Source of the DNA: Acidobacteriota bacterium
Lineage (GTDB): Bacteria > Acidobacteriota > UBA6911
NCBI GenBank assembly: GCA_963664705.1
Contig: OY761556.1
Coordinates: 1,280,001 to 1,344,000, forward strand
Length of the DNA: 64,000 nucleotides
Reading direction: 5' to 3'
Shown in pieces: positions 18,775 through 29,420 of this stretch. Positions within the stretch are counted from its first letter, which is position 1; each line of letters opens with the position of its first letter. Under the pieces are notes generated by a model, which had not been told where the DNA came from, did no database searches, and saw only the letters and a program-made list of their open reading frames with translations. A program made the position numbers and the translations under genes.

Positions 18775-20037
18775 ATGAATCAGTCGATATCAGAGTCCGC
18801 ATCGATGGCGGCCGGCGAGCCGCTTACCAGGGAGGAACCCAAAATTCTGCTGCTGGAGAACATTCATGCAGCGGCCGAAGAGAATTTTCGCAGCGGCGGA
18901 TTCAGCCGGATCGAAAGGATGTCGAGCTCTCCGGTAGAGGATAAACTGGTCGGTATGATCGGCGATGTGCATGTCCTGGGTATTCGTTCGAAGACCGAAA
19001 TCAACGAGCGGGTTCTGGCCGCTGCCCCCAATCTGGTGGCTGTCGGGTGCTTCTGTATTGGAACCGACCAGGTCGATATCGAGGCCGCGACGCGGAGAGG
19101 CGTCGCCGTTTTCAACGCACCCTTTTCCAATACGCGCAGCGTCGCGGAATTGACCATTGCCGAAGTGGTGATGCTGGCACGGCGCGCCGCGCAGCGATCG
19201 ATGGAACTGCATTCCGGTCGGTGGGAAAAGTCGGCAAAAGGCTGCGTGGAAGTGAGGCGCAAGACGATCGGGATCATCGGATATGGCCATATCGGTCCCC
19301 AGGTCGGATTGCTGGCTGAAGCCCTTGGAATGAAGGTTGTATTCCATGACATCGTCAAAAAGCTGGCGCTGGGCAATGCGCGCCAGGTATCCGGACTCGA
19401 GGAATTGCTGAAGGTGTCCGATTTTGTCACGCTGCATGTGCCGGATACGGCGCTGACTAAAAACATGATCGGCCGGGAACAGCTTGCCATGATGCCGCAG
19501 GGAAGCTACCTGCTGAATCTGAGCCGGGGCTCGGTCGTGGATATCGCCGCGCTTCACCAGGCCCTGGTCGGCGGACACCTGGCTGGTGCCGCCCTGGATG
19601 TATTCCCGCGCGAGCCGCATTCCGGCAAAGATCCGTTCCAGTCGGAGTTGAGAGGACTCGAGAATGTCATCCTGACACCGCATATCGGAGGCAGCACGGA
19701 AGAGGCCCAGCGAAATATCGGTCTGGAAGTGTCGGAATCGTTGATGGCCTATGCGCAGACAGGAAGTTCGATCGGCTGCGCCAACGTCCCGGAGGTGCAG
19801 CTTTCAGCGATTGAAGACAGCTATCGCGTGCTCAATATTCACCGGGATATGCCCGGCGTCCTCAGCCGCATCAACGGACTGGTCGCGGCTATGAGCGTGA
19901 ATATCAAGGCGCAGTCCTACAACACGCGGGGCGGCATAGGTTATTTGATCATGGATGTGGAGAGAAGCCTGTCCCGCGCGGTTCAGCAGCAGATCCAGGC
20001 GCTCGACAGCAGCATTCGCACCCGCCTGCTATTTTAA
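18775..20037 (+). CDS. serA: D-3-phosphoglycerate dehydrogenase with ACT domain
   Basis: GCFCIGT, NAPFSNTRSVAE, GIIGYGHIG, TPHIGGSTEEAQ. Confidence 0.94.
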   Translation: MNQSISESASMAAGEPLTREEPKILLLENIHAAAEENFRSGGFSRIERMSSSPVEDKLVGMIGDVHVLGIRSKTEINERVLAAAPNLVAVGCFCIGTDQVDIEAATRRGVAVFNAPFSNTRSVAELTIAEVVMLARRAAQRSMELHSGRWEKSAKGCVEVRRKTIGIIGYGHIGPQVGLLAEALGMKVVFHDIVKKLALGNARQVSGLEELLKVSDFVTLHVPDTALTKNMIGREQLAMMPQGSYLLNLSRGSVVDIAALHQALVGGHLAGAALDVFPREPHSGKDPFQSELRGLENVILTPHIGGSTEEAQRNIGLEVSESLMAYAQTGSSIGCANVPEVQLSAIEDSYRVLNIHRDMPGVLSRINGLVAAMSVNIKAQSYNTRGGIGYLIMDVERSLSRAVQQQIQALDSSIRTRLLF

Positions 20038-20083
20038 CGGCTCACTGGGAGCGCCGCGTCCCGGCTAATGCCGCATATTATTT

Positions 20084-20168
20084 ATTCTGAGCCCTGCGAT
20101 GCGAAAGAAGCATCAGGCCCGGAGAGCCGAAAGTGAGTTGCCAGGGGTGAAGCGGAGCGAACCCCTGG
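20084..20168. repeat. REP-like element: dispersed repeat copy 2 plus CCAGGGG...CCCCTGG palindrome
   Basis: matches 2701-2737; hairpin at 20141-20168 between convergent serA and the TonB receptor. Confidence 0.65.
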
Positions 20169-20245
20169 TAAATAGCGAAAAAGCAGGAACCCTGAGGGGC
20201 GAAAGATCGGCAATTGATAAGCCGTCCCCGTCTGAAATCCGCGCT

Positions 20246-22687
20246 CTATCCCACCAGGCGAATGCGTCCCGTAAAAGATCTCCTCTGTCCGCCGAGGTAC
20301 CTCAAAAAATCGGGTGAATCGATATTATTGATGACTCCATCCGGGTGATGGTGGTTGGTCAGATTCATAATCGAAATGCGAATGGCCCAGTCCCGAGTAA
20401 AGAGGTGCAGACGCTTTTCGAATCCCACGTTCAGACTCAGATAATTGGGCAGTCGTTTTTGATTGGCCGGGCCAACAAGCTGCTGCTGTTCGTTGACAAT
20501 GCTGAACGGGAACCCCGACCGATACTCCAGAAAGTAGCTGAGGAACAGCTTCCAAACCGGAGTCGGCGTCCAGCCGGAGCAGATGAACCGATCCGGCGCG
20601 TCCCAGTCCAGCGGGCCGGCCTGCTGCGGAGTGAATACCAGTGTTTTTAATGCATAATCAAAAACATGATTGCTGCGTGAGCTGGACCGCGTATAGCTGG
20701 CGGACATGGAGGCCTTGTCCGAGAAGGCGTGCTTTAATGAAACCTGGAACGACCGGTAGTGATCCCGCCGGTTGTTCTGCAGCTGGAAAATGTTTTCGAG
20801 CGGATTGACCGGGCTCTCCCGAAGCTTGTCATAAGCCAGCCCGAAGCGTCCCCTCCTGTTTGTGAGATTCAACTCGAGCTGAGTTTTAGCGCTCAGCGCC
20901 TGTTCGAGCCCGAAACTGATGGTATAGAATCGCGGCTGCTTCAATGACTCTTCCACCTGGATGAATCGACTCACCACGGGGCCGATTGCCGGTTGTCCGG
21001 GCAGCTTGCCGTAAAACAGATCGGAGCGTTGTTGATCGTACGCTGGGCCGAGATTCGAAAGTGTCACCGGCTGCAGGAAAACGCCCCACGCGGCGGTGAA
21101 CTTGGTCTTGTCGTTTTTGAAAGGAAGGATGTTCACCGCTATGCGCGGGGATGGGGTCGTTCGGCCGATTATCCGGTTCCAATCCGCTCTTAATCCGAAC
21201 TGAAGCACCATGGCGCGGGATACGCGCCACACATCGTGTCCATACACTCCGACGGAGGCATCCGTGAGATTGAAGTTGGCGGGTCCTGAAAACGTGGTGC
21301 GCTGCGCGATGGATCCGTCCGCCCTGATTACTTCCATCGCCGCCCGCTGGGCCGATTGATCCCATTCCAGACCCGAGGCATTGAATCCGACCTGGAGATC
21401 GTGCGTCCCGTTCCAGTGACGCGTCGGCATGCTTGCGTTTCCGAGGCTTTGCCATCGGTGCCTCTTTTGCCACAGAGCCTCAAAATAATTCCCGGAGGAT
21501 CCGTCGGGCGTGACCTGGTAGGTATCAAATCCATGCGGCAGGCTCTCGTTATGAGAAAAATCGGCAGCAAAACCGAGTTCGTAAAAGGTCCTGCCACTCC
21601 ACATCTGATCCTTTACGGAGAAAAAGGATCGATAAGCGCGCGTGCGCCGCGTGGTTGAAATCGGCGAAAGAGGCGCAAGCCCGATGTTGGAAGCCTGCAG
21701 CTGATTGTACAGGAAGCTCCCCTGCAGCAGGTTCTTGGGCGTCAGCTTCAGCTGCGTCCGCAGCATATTGTCCCCGGACCATTGCGTAACGGAATCTTCG
21801 TCGGCTGGAAGGTCTTCGATCAGGCTGACCGTGCGCTGAATGCTGAGCGCCTCCGAGAACCACGCCCGCTCCTTGCGGATCGGGCCCGAAAGAGTGAACC
21901 GCGGATACCAGCTGGTCAGATGCAGGCCACGCTGCAGGCTGAGCCCCGGAAAAAAGTTGTTGGCGCTTGCTCGCAGTCGGTCGTCGCCCACAGCGGTATC
22001 CATGGACAGCACGCCTGCCCCGGCGTTCCCATACTGAGCGCTGTAGCGGCCCGACTCCACTTGGGCAGAATGGAGACTGTCCACGTTGACCCGGACGGAA
22101 AGGTTTCCCGTCACCGGATCTCCGATGTCAAACCCATCCAGCAGGTACTGCGTTTCTCCTGTTCGTCCGCCTGCGATGTGAAGCTGTCCGTTGCCGTCCC
22201 GGACTACCTCCGGAAGAACCTGCAGGCTGTTTCTGAGGTCGTGAGTGGACTGTACGGGAATATCGCGGATCTCGCGCGCAATCAGCCCCTCCTGGTGCGA
22301 CGTCACCGTTGGTTGGATGTTTTCCGAGGAGGAATAAACCTCGACTTCTTCGTGGATTTCGGTTTCATGGGCGGCGGTGAAGGTGATTTCGTTGTGGCCC
22401 GGCTTCAGAACAAAGGGCTGCCGGGAGACGCGGAAGAAGCCGATCTTGTTCAGGCTCACTCGATATTCGCCGTCACGGTCCGCGGAAAACTCGAATATCC
22501 CCGCGGCATCGGTGTGCATCGTGCGCGATTGATTGTCCGGAGTGTGGATCGTCACTTCGATATTGGCTACAGGCTTGCCGTCCTCATCTACCACACTGCC
22601 GCGCAGCCTTGCCGCATCGGCGGCAGGGAAGGCAAATAAAGCGGAATAGATCAGGGCAACAAAGGCCCAGGCTGTTTTTAGTCGCAT
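20246..22687 (-). CDS. TonB-dependent receptor-like outer membrane protein with N-terminal carboxypeptidase-regulatory-like domain
   Basis: signal peptide, GSVVD..G.PV domain, plug region (YLLDGFDI, SAQYG), amphipathic beta strands. Confidence 0.85.
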   Translation of the reverse strand: MRLKTAWAFVALIYSALFAFPAADAARLRGSVVDEDGKPVANIEVTIHTPDNQSRTMHTDAAGIFEFSADRDGEYRVSLNKIGFFRVSRQPFVLKPGHNEITFTAAHETEIHEEVEVYSSSENIQPTVTSHQEGLIAREIRDIPVQSTHDLRNSLQVLPEVVRDGNGQLHIAGGRTGETQYLLDGFDIGDPVTGNLSVRVNVDSLHSAQVESGRYSAQYGNAGAGVLSMDTAVGDDRLRASANNFFPGLSLQRGLHLTSWYPRFTLSGPIRKERAWFSEALSIQRTVSLIEDLPADEDSVTQWSGDNMLRTQLKLTPKNLLQGSFLYNQLQASNIGLAPLSPISTTRRTRAYRSFFSVKDQMWSGRTFYELGFAADFSHNESLPHGFDTYQVTPDGSSGNYFEALWQKRHRWQSLGNASMPTRHWNGTHDLQVGFNASGLEWDQSAQRAAMEVIRADGSIAQRTTFSGPANFNLTDASVGVYGHDVWRVSRAMVLQFGLRADWNRIIGRTTPSPRIAVNILPFKNDKTKFTAAWGVFLQPVTLSNLGPAYDQQRSDLFYGKLPGQPAIGPVVSRFIQVEESLKQPRFYTISFGLEQALSAKTQLELNLTNRRGRFGLAYDKLRESPVNPLENIFQLQNNRRDHYRSFQVSLKHAFSDKASMSASYTRSSSRSNHVFDYALKTLVFTPQQAGPLDWDAPDRFICSGWTPTPVWKLFLSYFLEYRSGFPFSIVNEQQQLVGPANQKRLPNYLSLNVGFEKRLHLFTRDWAIRISIMNLTNHHHPDGVINNIDSPDFLRYLGGQRRSFTGRIRLVG

Positions 22688-22835
22688 CTCCGGTGTGTCC
22701 TTTTTATCCCAAAACCCCGAGTGTGTCAGGTCCAAAATAGCCGCTTTAGTAAGAAATAATGATCCACATTGACCGCGCAAAAAAATGGATTTTTATCCCC
22801 CACAGCTCTTACACTAGCCGCGGAGGAACTTGGGG

Positions 22836-23957
22836 ATGACCAAACAGGTTGGCGTGTTGACTGCGGGCGGCGACAGCCCCGGATTGAATGCCGTTCTTCG
22901 CGGCATCGGTAAAGCGGCACAGGAGCAATTCCGCATGGAAGTAATGGGCTTTCGCGACGGCTTCCGCGGGCTGATGGAAAACCGGGCAATCGAGCTGAAT
23001 GAGAACGCCCTGTCCGGAATTCTAACCCTGGGTGGCACCATCCTGGGAACCAGCCGCGAGAAACCCCATCGGATGCGCGTTGGCCGCCGCTTCATGGATA
23101 TGACGGATGCCATCGTGGAAAATTACCGAAGAAATCACCTGGATGTGCTCGTATGCATAGGCGGGGGAGGGACACAAAAAAACGCCTACCGGCTGATGCA
23201 GAAGGGGCTGAACGTCATCACACTGCCGAAAACCATCGACAACGACGTTGTCGGAACGGATGTCTCTTTCGGTTTCGATACGGCGCTCGGGATCGCGACC
23301 GAGGCCATCGACCGGCTGCACAGCACCGCGCATAGCCACCACCGGATCATTCTGGTTGAAACTATGGGGCATCGGGCGGGATGGCTCGCTCTGGGCGCCG
23401 GCGTGGCCAGCGGCGCCGATGTGATCCTGATTCCGGAAATTCCCTATAGCATCGAAAAGGTGGCAAAAGCTATTTTGAGCCGCCGCCGCGGCGGAAAACA
23501 CGCCAGTATTATCGCGGTTGCCGAAGGAGCGCAGTCCCTGGAGGATGTTGCGGCCATTCAAAAGGCTGAAAAAAGGAAAAAGAACAAGGGACCGAAGAAC
23601 AGCAAAGGCAAACCTGGCGAAGAAGCATTGTCGAATGAAATGGGGCATGGAGGCAATACGCTGCATCTGGCGCGCCAACTGGAAGAACTCACCGGGCTGG
23701 AATCGCGCGTGACAATCCTTGGATACCTCCAGCGCGGTGGGACGCCGTCGGCAAACGACCGGATCCTGGCAACGCGCCTTGGGACGGCCTGTACCAGCCT
23801 GATCAACGAGGGCATCAGCGGTGTAATGCTGGCCGCACGGGGAGATAGGGCAGAGCCGGTCCCTCTGGAGGAAATCGTCGGGAAAATCAAAACGGTGCCG
23901 CTCGACCATTCCTGGATCGAAAGCGCACGGCGCGTCGGCACAGGCTTTGGCGATTGA
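22836..23957 (+). CDS. pfkA: 6-phosphofructokinase (PfkA family)
   Basis: [42 protein letters not shown]. Confidence 0.92.
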   Translation: MTKQVGVLTAGGDSPGLNAVLRGIGKAAQEQFRMEVMGFRDGFRGLMENRAIELNENALSGILTLGGTILGTSREKPHRMRVGRRFMDMTDAIVENYRRNHLDVLVCIGGGGTQKNAYRLMQKGLNVITLPKTIDNDVVGTDVSFGFDTALGIATEAIDRLHSTAHSHHRIILVETMGHRAGWLALGAGVASGADVILIPEIPYSIEKVAKAILSRRRGGKHASIIAVAEGAQSLEDVAAIQKAEKRKKNKGPKNSKGKPGEEALSNEMGHGGNTLHLARQLEELTGLESRVTILGYLQRGGTPSANDRILATRLGTACTSLINEGISGVMLAARGDRAEPVPLEEIVGKIKTVPLDHSWIESARRVGTGFGD

Positions 23958-24094
23958 ACGGAAGCTCCATCGGCTCCCGGTAGAACCCTACAGAACTGCC
24001 TTTGAAAGTGCTCGCTGAAATGCTACATTATCGGGCGAAGCATCAAGCGCTTGCTGTGGTTTTTTGCGATGGAATGCTTTTCTGCAGTGACAGT

Positions 24095-24171
24095 GCGCCC
24101 ATAGCTCAGGTGGATAGAGCATCTGCCTTCTAAGCAGAGGGTCGCAGGTTCGAATCCTGCTGGGCGTACCA
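24095..24171 (+). tRNA. tRNA-Arg(UCU)
   Basis: acceptor GCGCCCA/TGGGCGT, anticodon loop CT-TCT-AA, GTTCGAATC T-loop, encoded CCA. Confidence 0.96.
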
Positions 24172-24226
24172 GAAAAAACAAGCCATATCAACCACTTAGC
24201 CATCCTGCCATTTTTAGCCAATTCCG

Positions 24227-24347
24227 GAAAACCTGAAGAAAACCTGAGGAAAACCTGAAACCGAAAACCTGGACACCCACGAAAAAGGAAAAACCTGGAC
24301 ACCCATGAAAACCTTTGAGGGAATTGAGGAAAAACCTGGACACCCAC
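24227..24347. repeat. left-end repeat cluster of the Y1 transposase element
   Basis: reiterated AAAACCTG units; GGACACCCA at 24271, 24297 and 24338. Confidence 0.85.
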
Positions 24348-25777
24348 GATTTGTTCGTCTGACCGAATGAGGAGTTTCGGAAAGGTCTTGGCGGAAATTC
24401 CCGACCGATGATTCATGTTGCTGAGGAATACGGGAAGAAAGCTTGTAATGGGCTTAGCTGTTACTGCTTGAGGCGAGTAAACAAGCCTGTTGCGAGGAGA
24501 GATGCGAAGTCTGAAGGGGCGCGTAGTTTAGATCCGGAATAGATCCTATTGATCTGGAATGCAATTGGCCTTGAGGCTATGTAAAAGCAGACCGAGCGGC
24601 CGACAAGCCCTTTATCCAATGCCGGTTGAGCCGTCCCGCGAATTCACGCATGTGCGTCAGGCTGCCGGCGGCCACCTGGAATGCGGAACCAAAATGCGAC
24701 ACTGTTTCAATCCATTCCTTGGGAATAACTCCAATGCGATTCAGGATCGGGGCAAGACGGCTATCAATGAACCCGCGCTTGTCAGAGCGAATCATGCGTC
24801 CCGATCGGTCGACCAAATCAAAATACTCGGCTGTGGATGTGTCGAGGATACCACGCCGGCTCGGGGTTGATTGAATTGGGGCCAACCAACAGTCTGCAGA
24901 ATCCCGAAGAGAAGAGCTCGAAGCAGTTCCGGGTGTTGAGGGAGCATTAATCGTGTCATCAGTTTGACAAGGAGAACAATCGAAAGCCGGGCCCGAATCA
25001 CTGGGTTGAGGGGCTGGTTGCTGGGACAAGGATTGGCGATGCCAGGCGCGGATACGCTCCTGAATGCTGGTGAAGTCGCTGTCTTCGGGAGTGGAGGCAG
25101 CGCCGGCCCGAACCATATTCAGATCCACATAGACCAAGCAAGCTGTAATGGCAGAAGCATCCAGAAGCACCAGGCATTTAAAGCGAGATTCCCAGAAGCG
25201 GCCCTTGACCTTATCTTCCTTGTTAGCCTTGCGAGCGATGAATTCACTGAGTTTGGCCACGAACCAGCTCAGGCTGCCCAGCCGCTTGCGCAGAACAGTA
25301 ATGTGTTCCGGACAATCTGCTAATGCCTGGATCTGTTCGACCCTAGGAGGAAGAGGCTTTTTGCTGGTGCGCGGTTTTCGGGGGCAGAGTTCTAGCCATC
25401 GGGCGGCGACGTCGAGATCGGACCAGGACTCAAGAATGTCGGGTCGGGTTCGCAAGATGGAATGCACGTGGTTTTCCATGATGGCATAACCGCACACGTC
25501 AATGGCGAAGATGCCGGCAAGTTGTTTCAAACGATCGAGAATCCATTTTTTGCGATGGGAGAAATCCCGGCCGCTAAGAGGGTCATACCCGCAAAGAAAA
25601 GATCTGCGGACACATCGACTGATGCAATGATAAACGCCTTCCTCACCTTCGATGACATAGATGTTTCTTGCCAATCCCATGGTTTGCCTCCTTGCATAGT
25701 TACTAATGGCGAACCTTGGGAATTGAGCGAAGAAAAATTGGAGGCAATGGAACAAAACAGTGGGTGTCCAGGTTTTT
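24330..25777 (-). mobile_element. RAYT-like (IS200/IS605-superfamily HUH Y1) element with 18-bp inverted ends
   Basis: AAAAACCTGGACACCCAC (24330-24347) and its reverse complement (25760-25777) flank the transposase gene. Confidence 0.75.
24577..25680 (-). CDS. HUH/Y1 tyrosine transposase (RAYT-like)
   Basis: VYHCISRCVRR, GYAIMENHVH (HUH), FWESRFK, YVDLNMVRAG (catalytic Tyr); GGAGG RBS. Confidence 0.88.
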   Translation of the reverse strand: MGLARNIYVIEGEEGVYHCISRCVRRSFLCGYDPLSGRDFSHRKKWILDRLKQLAGIFAIDVCGYAIMENHVHSILRTRPDILESWSDLDVAARWLELCPRKPRTSKKPLPPRVEQIQALADCPEHITVLRKRLGSLSWFVAKLSEFIARKANKEDKVKGRFWESRFKCLVLLDASAITACLVYVDLNMVRAGAASTPEDSDFTSIQERIRAWHRQSLSQQPAPQPSDSGPAFDCSPCQTDDTINAPSTPGTASSSSLRDSADCWLAPIQSTPSRRGILDTSTAEYFDLVDRSGRMIRSDKRGFIDSRLAPILNRIGVIPKEWIETVSHFGSAFQVAAGSLTHMREFAGRLNRHWIKGLSAARSAFT

Positions 25778-25787
25778 TCCAGGTTTT

Positions 25788-26645
25788 TCAGGTTTCCCAG
25801 GTTTTTCTACCGGGGCTGATTTTTCCGGCGAAGAAAGCCCAGGCCAAAATTGCCAGAAGGGCTCCCGCGAGGACATCGGTTACATAATGTTCGCCAATAT
25901 GAACCAGCGAATAGCCCATCAGGACGGCATAAATCCATCCATAACGGCCCATTCCTAAGCCTACAACCGTGGCTACCGCCATATGCACGCTGGGCATGGC
26001 CGCCACATCATTAGCTCCTGAAACCGCCATTCCGTAGGTATAGAGTTCAGGAAACAGAAGGGAAAAAAGCTGCCGCTGGATGCCGGCTGCGTGCCCCTGT
26101 TCTGCTGCAAGCCATGGGGGCGCGGTGGGCACAAGGGCATGAATAACAAGCGCGACTGCATATACGGATACAAGGGAGAAGACAAATCGTGAAAAGCACT
26201 CTTTCCTGCGCCAGATGTAAAAGCCAGCCAACGGGGGAGCAAAGTAGTATGTCATGTGGACCACAACCCCCAACCAGTCAAGAAACGGCAGGTGCAGAGC
26301 CTGCAGCCGAACCGTCGGAAGCGTCCCAAAACCAATAATCCGGTCCACGATCATTGGATAGTGCACCCTGACCGGTTGGCCAAGGTTGTCAAGCATCGGA
26401 CGCGTAAGCGCGAATGCGACAAAACTGAGCGCATAGATAGTCCACAATTTGAAGTCGCCGGACTCTCTTTCCCGAACCGCAACCCAAGCCAGTGGCAGAG
26501 CAAAAAGCAACGCATAGGAGCCGGGCGCAAGCCTCGTTTTAGGGAATAGTAATGCGCAAAGTGTCAAAAGTATTATGGCGGGGCGCCAGAGCTTTTGAGC
26601 AACAGAGCTCAGGCTGTTCAGAGTGGTCGCTGCGTGGCCGTTCAC
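25788..26645 (-). CDS. PAP2/Aur1-like membrane phosphoesterase or phosphotransferase
   Basis: multiple TM helices; PTAPPW, AAMPSVH, GEHYVTDV; stop codon lies inside the transposon-end repeats. Confidence 0.8.
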   Translation of the reverse strand: MNGHAATTLNSLSSVAQKLWRPAIILLTLCALLFPKTRLAPGSYALLFALPLAWVAVRERESGDFKLWTIYALSFVAFALTRPMLDNLGQPVRVHYPMIVDRIIGFGTLPTVRLQALHLPFLDWLGVVVHMTYYFAPPLAGFYIWRRKECFSRFVFSLVSVYAVALVIHALVPTAPPWLAAEQGHAAGIQRQLFSLLFPELYTYGMAVSGANDVAAMPSVHMAVATVVGLGMGRYGWIYAVLMGYSLVHIGEHYVTDVLAGALLAILAWAFFAGKISPGRKTWET

Positions 26646-26734
26646 AATCCTCCAATCACGATGTGCCAGCAGTATTTATCGACTCGAGATTATGATTTAT
26701 TAGCGGAATATAATAAAGATCCTATCATACGAAT

Positions 26735-27445
26735 TCAGAACTTGACGCCAAGCAGGAATTCGAGCTGGTTTTGACCCGATCGAAGCCCGGCACGCATCCC
26801 GGGGAGTTCAGCAAAATTCCCGTTGATCCATCGCGTGTAACGCAGTTCAGGTGAAATACCCAGGATCCCCCGGCGTAACTCGCAGCCGCCTCCCACCGCG
26901 ATTCCGCCCGTGCTCACCCGGCGCAGTTCCACGGGATTCCCGGTCAATGTCTGTCTGGATCTGAAATCAATGACATAATGCTGCTCGATTGTCTCAATCG
27001 ATTGCGACCCGCTGACATAATTCAGGCTGGGTCCTGCCGATACATAAAGGATGCGCTGCTTCACCGGCAGCCGGTATTTCAGCAGCAAAGGAAATTCCCA
27101 TCGGTCCAGGGAGTTCTGCCTGAAACTCAGCAACGATTTGGGCGCATAAACATAAACGCTCGTATAGTCATAGTTCAGGTGCTTGTATAAAGCATCGAGC
27201 TCGATCGACAGATGCCACGGCAATCCAAACTCAAGGGATGGCCCCACCGTATATCGACTGGTTTTGGAGAAATAATTCTGGCTTCCCGTTGCCGGGTAAA
27301 TGTCGGGCACGATAGTATAGCCTGAAAACTGAAAGGCATCCGTCAAGGGAACCCCACCCTTGAAGCCAAACCGCAGCGTCTCCGCAGATAATGTCTGAAC
27401 CGTCAGAAATAGCAGCAATGCACCGATTACATTTCTTTTTCGCAT
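26735..27445 (-). CDS. outer membrane beta-barrel protein
   Basis: signal peptide, FGFKGG, WEFPLLLKY, PELRYTRW, C-terminal Phe. Confidence 0.75.
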   Translation of the reverse strand: MRKRNVIGALLLFLTVQTLSAETLRFGFKGGVPLTDAFQFSGYTIVPDIYPATGSQNYFSKTSRYTVGPSLEFGLPWHLSIELDALYKHLNYDYTSVYVYAPKSLLSFRQNSLDRWEFPLLLKYRLPVKQRILYVSAGPSLNYVSGSQSIETIEQHYVIDFRSRQTLTGNPVELRRVSTGGIAVGGGCELRRGILGISPELRYTRWINGNFAELPGMRAGLRSGQNQLEFLLGVKF

Positions 27446-27580
27446 AGGCCCATACTAAAAGCAAAAACGCCTGAACTCAATACCGCCAATCGCATGGATC
27501 CATACACTTTCACGATGCTTTTCCGCTTTTTGTCCGATATGGGCACTGGTCGTGAACGCTTTTAAAAAAGTGAGAGATAT

Positions 27581-29221
27581 ATGCGCAAATTCCCGGTGCC
27601 CGCAATTACAAAAGTTATTCTGTTTATCCTATTAGCCCTATCGATGCCATTGCCCCGTAACCTAGCGGCCCAATCACAGAGAGAACAAATTCGCATTATC
27701 GGCGCCATCAGCAAATACCTCGAACGTGTGGGCGAGGTTCAGGCAGCCCAGCGGCTGCGAAGGATGTTGCAGGAGGGAACGATTCAGGTCGTGCCTCAGA
27801 TCAAAGACGACGCCGGCGGCCAGATTTTTGGAGAACTGGACAACCGGGTCATCCGCCTGAACAAAAGCATGTTCGGCAATATCTTCGATCCCGATACGAC
27901 GGGGGGAGCGGTCTTCTCCGATACGGTCAAAGCCGCCCAGACTCTATATCATGAGATGCTCCATGCCGAGCAATCGACCCTGACCCTCATGAACACAACC
28001 AAGAAGGAAACCGAAGCGTGGACCCAAACCGCGGATGCATCGGCCCTCTGGGTCAGCAGACTGCGGGCCAAATATGAGGCGGCCAGCGACCCGGAGGAGC
28101 GCAAACGACTCCTGCTCCTCCTGCGCGATACGGTGTCGGCATGGGCCGATTATCTGGCGACCATTGCAAATGACAAAATTCCAAGCAAGGAAGTCAACGA
28201 CAACGGAAAATGGCTCGGTTTGGATGGGAATCGCGGCACCATCAAAGAAGTAACCAGTGCCGCCAGGAAATACCGGGACAGCCTGAATGCCGAGGTGCGG
28301 AGCTATTGGCCCGGCCGCTCCGGTCCGACGGCGAAAGGCCCTGCGCCCAAACGCTATGTGGACGACCTCGAGGCTCCGGAGCTTCAAAGTATCCTGGATT
28401 GTGCCTGTCGCCTCTCCACTTCCTGCACGGCCACGGCAAAGTACGACACTCGCCCGATGGATGCTTCGGGTTCCTGCCGGGAAACCGCTAACGGCCCCTG
28501 CTACTGCATGGGTTTTGGCTGCCTGCGTTCACCCCTGAATCCAGATCATCTCTCCCGATGCCTCCAGGATGCCTCCGTTGTCTCCGACTCGGATGTGGTC
28601 AACAGATTGCTCAAAACAATGCAGGCCGATACTGCAAAGAATGGCCGCAAGCCGGACGGTTCCTGGAAAGCAACGAATGGAGATACCACTGCCCGGATGA
28701 ATGTTTTCGGACAGTCCTGGACGCTGAAGCAGGCCCATGCGGCCAATGACAAACCCGCAACCACCGTCTACACGGTCCTGAAGACCGGGAATGTTACCTC
28801 TGCCGGAACCTATGTACACACCGATGTCAAAGGAAACTGGACCGGGTCATGGGAAGCAACGATGGTTTCCAATAACGAATTGAGCCTGGCCTGGCACGAC
28901 GATGCCTCCGGTGCCAACGGCATCGTGGTCTTTGCGCGCGATGGCGCCGCCGCCCCCCCTGAGCCTGCTCAAAGCACCGGAAACCGGTGGCAGTGCAGCG
29001 GAAAAAACTATGGATTTGAGAAACGCAATGGTTCCTGGGTGGAGTTTATGGAAAACGGTTCCGTTCGGTTTCGCCTGGTTGAGGTGAGCCGCAACAGCCA
29101 ATACCTCGAATTGCTGGATCAAGGCCGAAACGTTTCTGTCCGCATCTTTTCGGATCGCTTTGCCTGGTCTGACGACCGGAAAAACTGGACCGATGAATGC
29201 AAAGGCGGCGGCTGGAAATAA
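27581..29221 (+). CDS. secreted multidomain protein with HExxH zincin motif
   Basis: signal peptide; YHEMLH...ETEAW; central 8-Cys segment; beta-rich C-terminal domains. Confidence 0.7.
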   Translation: MRKFPVPAITKVILFILLALSMPLPRNLAAQSQREQIRIIGAISKYLERVGEVQAAQRLRRMLQEGTIQVVPQIKDDAGGQIFGELDNRVIRLNKSMFGNIFDPDTTGGAVFSDTVKAAQTLYHEMLHAEQSTLTLMNTTKKETEAWTQTADASALWVSRLRAKYEAASDPEERKRLLLLLRDTVSAWADYLATIANDKIPSKEVNDNGKWLGLDGNRGTIKEVTSAARKYRDSLNAEVRSYWPGRSGPTAKGPAPKRYVDDLEAPELQSILDCACRLSTSCTATAKYDTRPMDASGSCRETANGPCYCMGFGCLRSPLNPDHLSRCLQDASVVSDSDVVNRLLKTMQADTAKNGRKPDGSWKATNGDTTARMNVFGQSWTLKQAHAANDKPATTVYTVLKTGNVTSAGTYVHTDVKGNWTGSWEATMVSNNELSLAWHDDASGANGIVVFARDGAAAPPEPAQSTGNRWQCSGKNYGFEKRNGSWVEFMENGSVRFRLVEVSRNSQYLELLDQGRNVSVRIFSDRFAWSDDRKNWTDECKGGGWK

Positions 29222-29420
29222 GACCTACTCACGGAATGGGTGGCGTTTCAGGAGGCTCTGCCCCCTTTTCCCGCCCATTCCAAAAATTGTAAAAACTCCC
29301 CCTCAAAAAACAATCCAGGTTTGACTATAATCTCCTCACCCCCTTCGTCGCGGGAAGTTCTCCCGCAGCTATACCAGCAAATCGACATAAAAGTTTTTCC
29401 AGCTTTGCGGCGAGGAATGT

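Noticed and set aside
23988-24416. 142-aa minus-strand ORF
   Set aside because: Runs antisense across tRNA-Arg and the repeat cluster; spurious.
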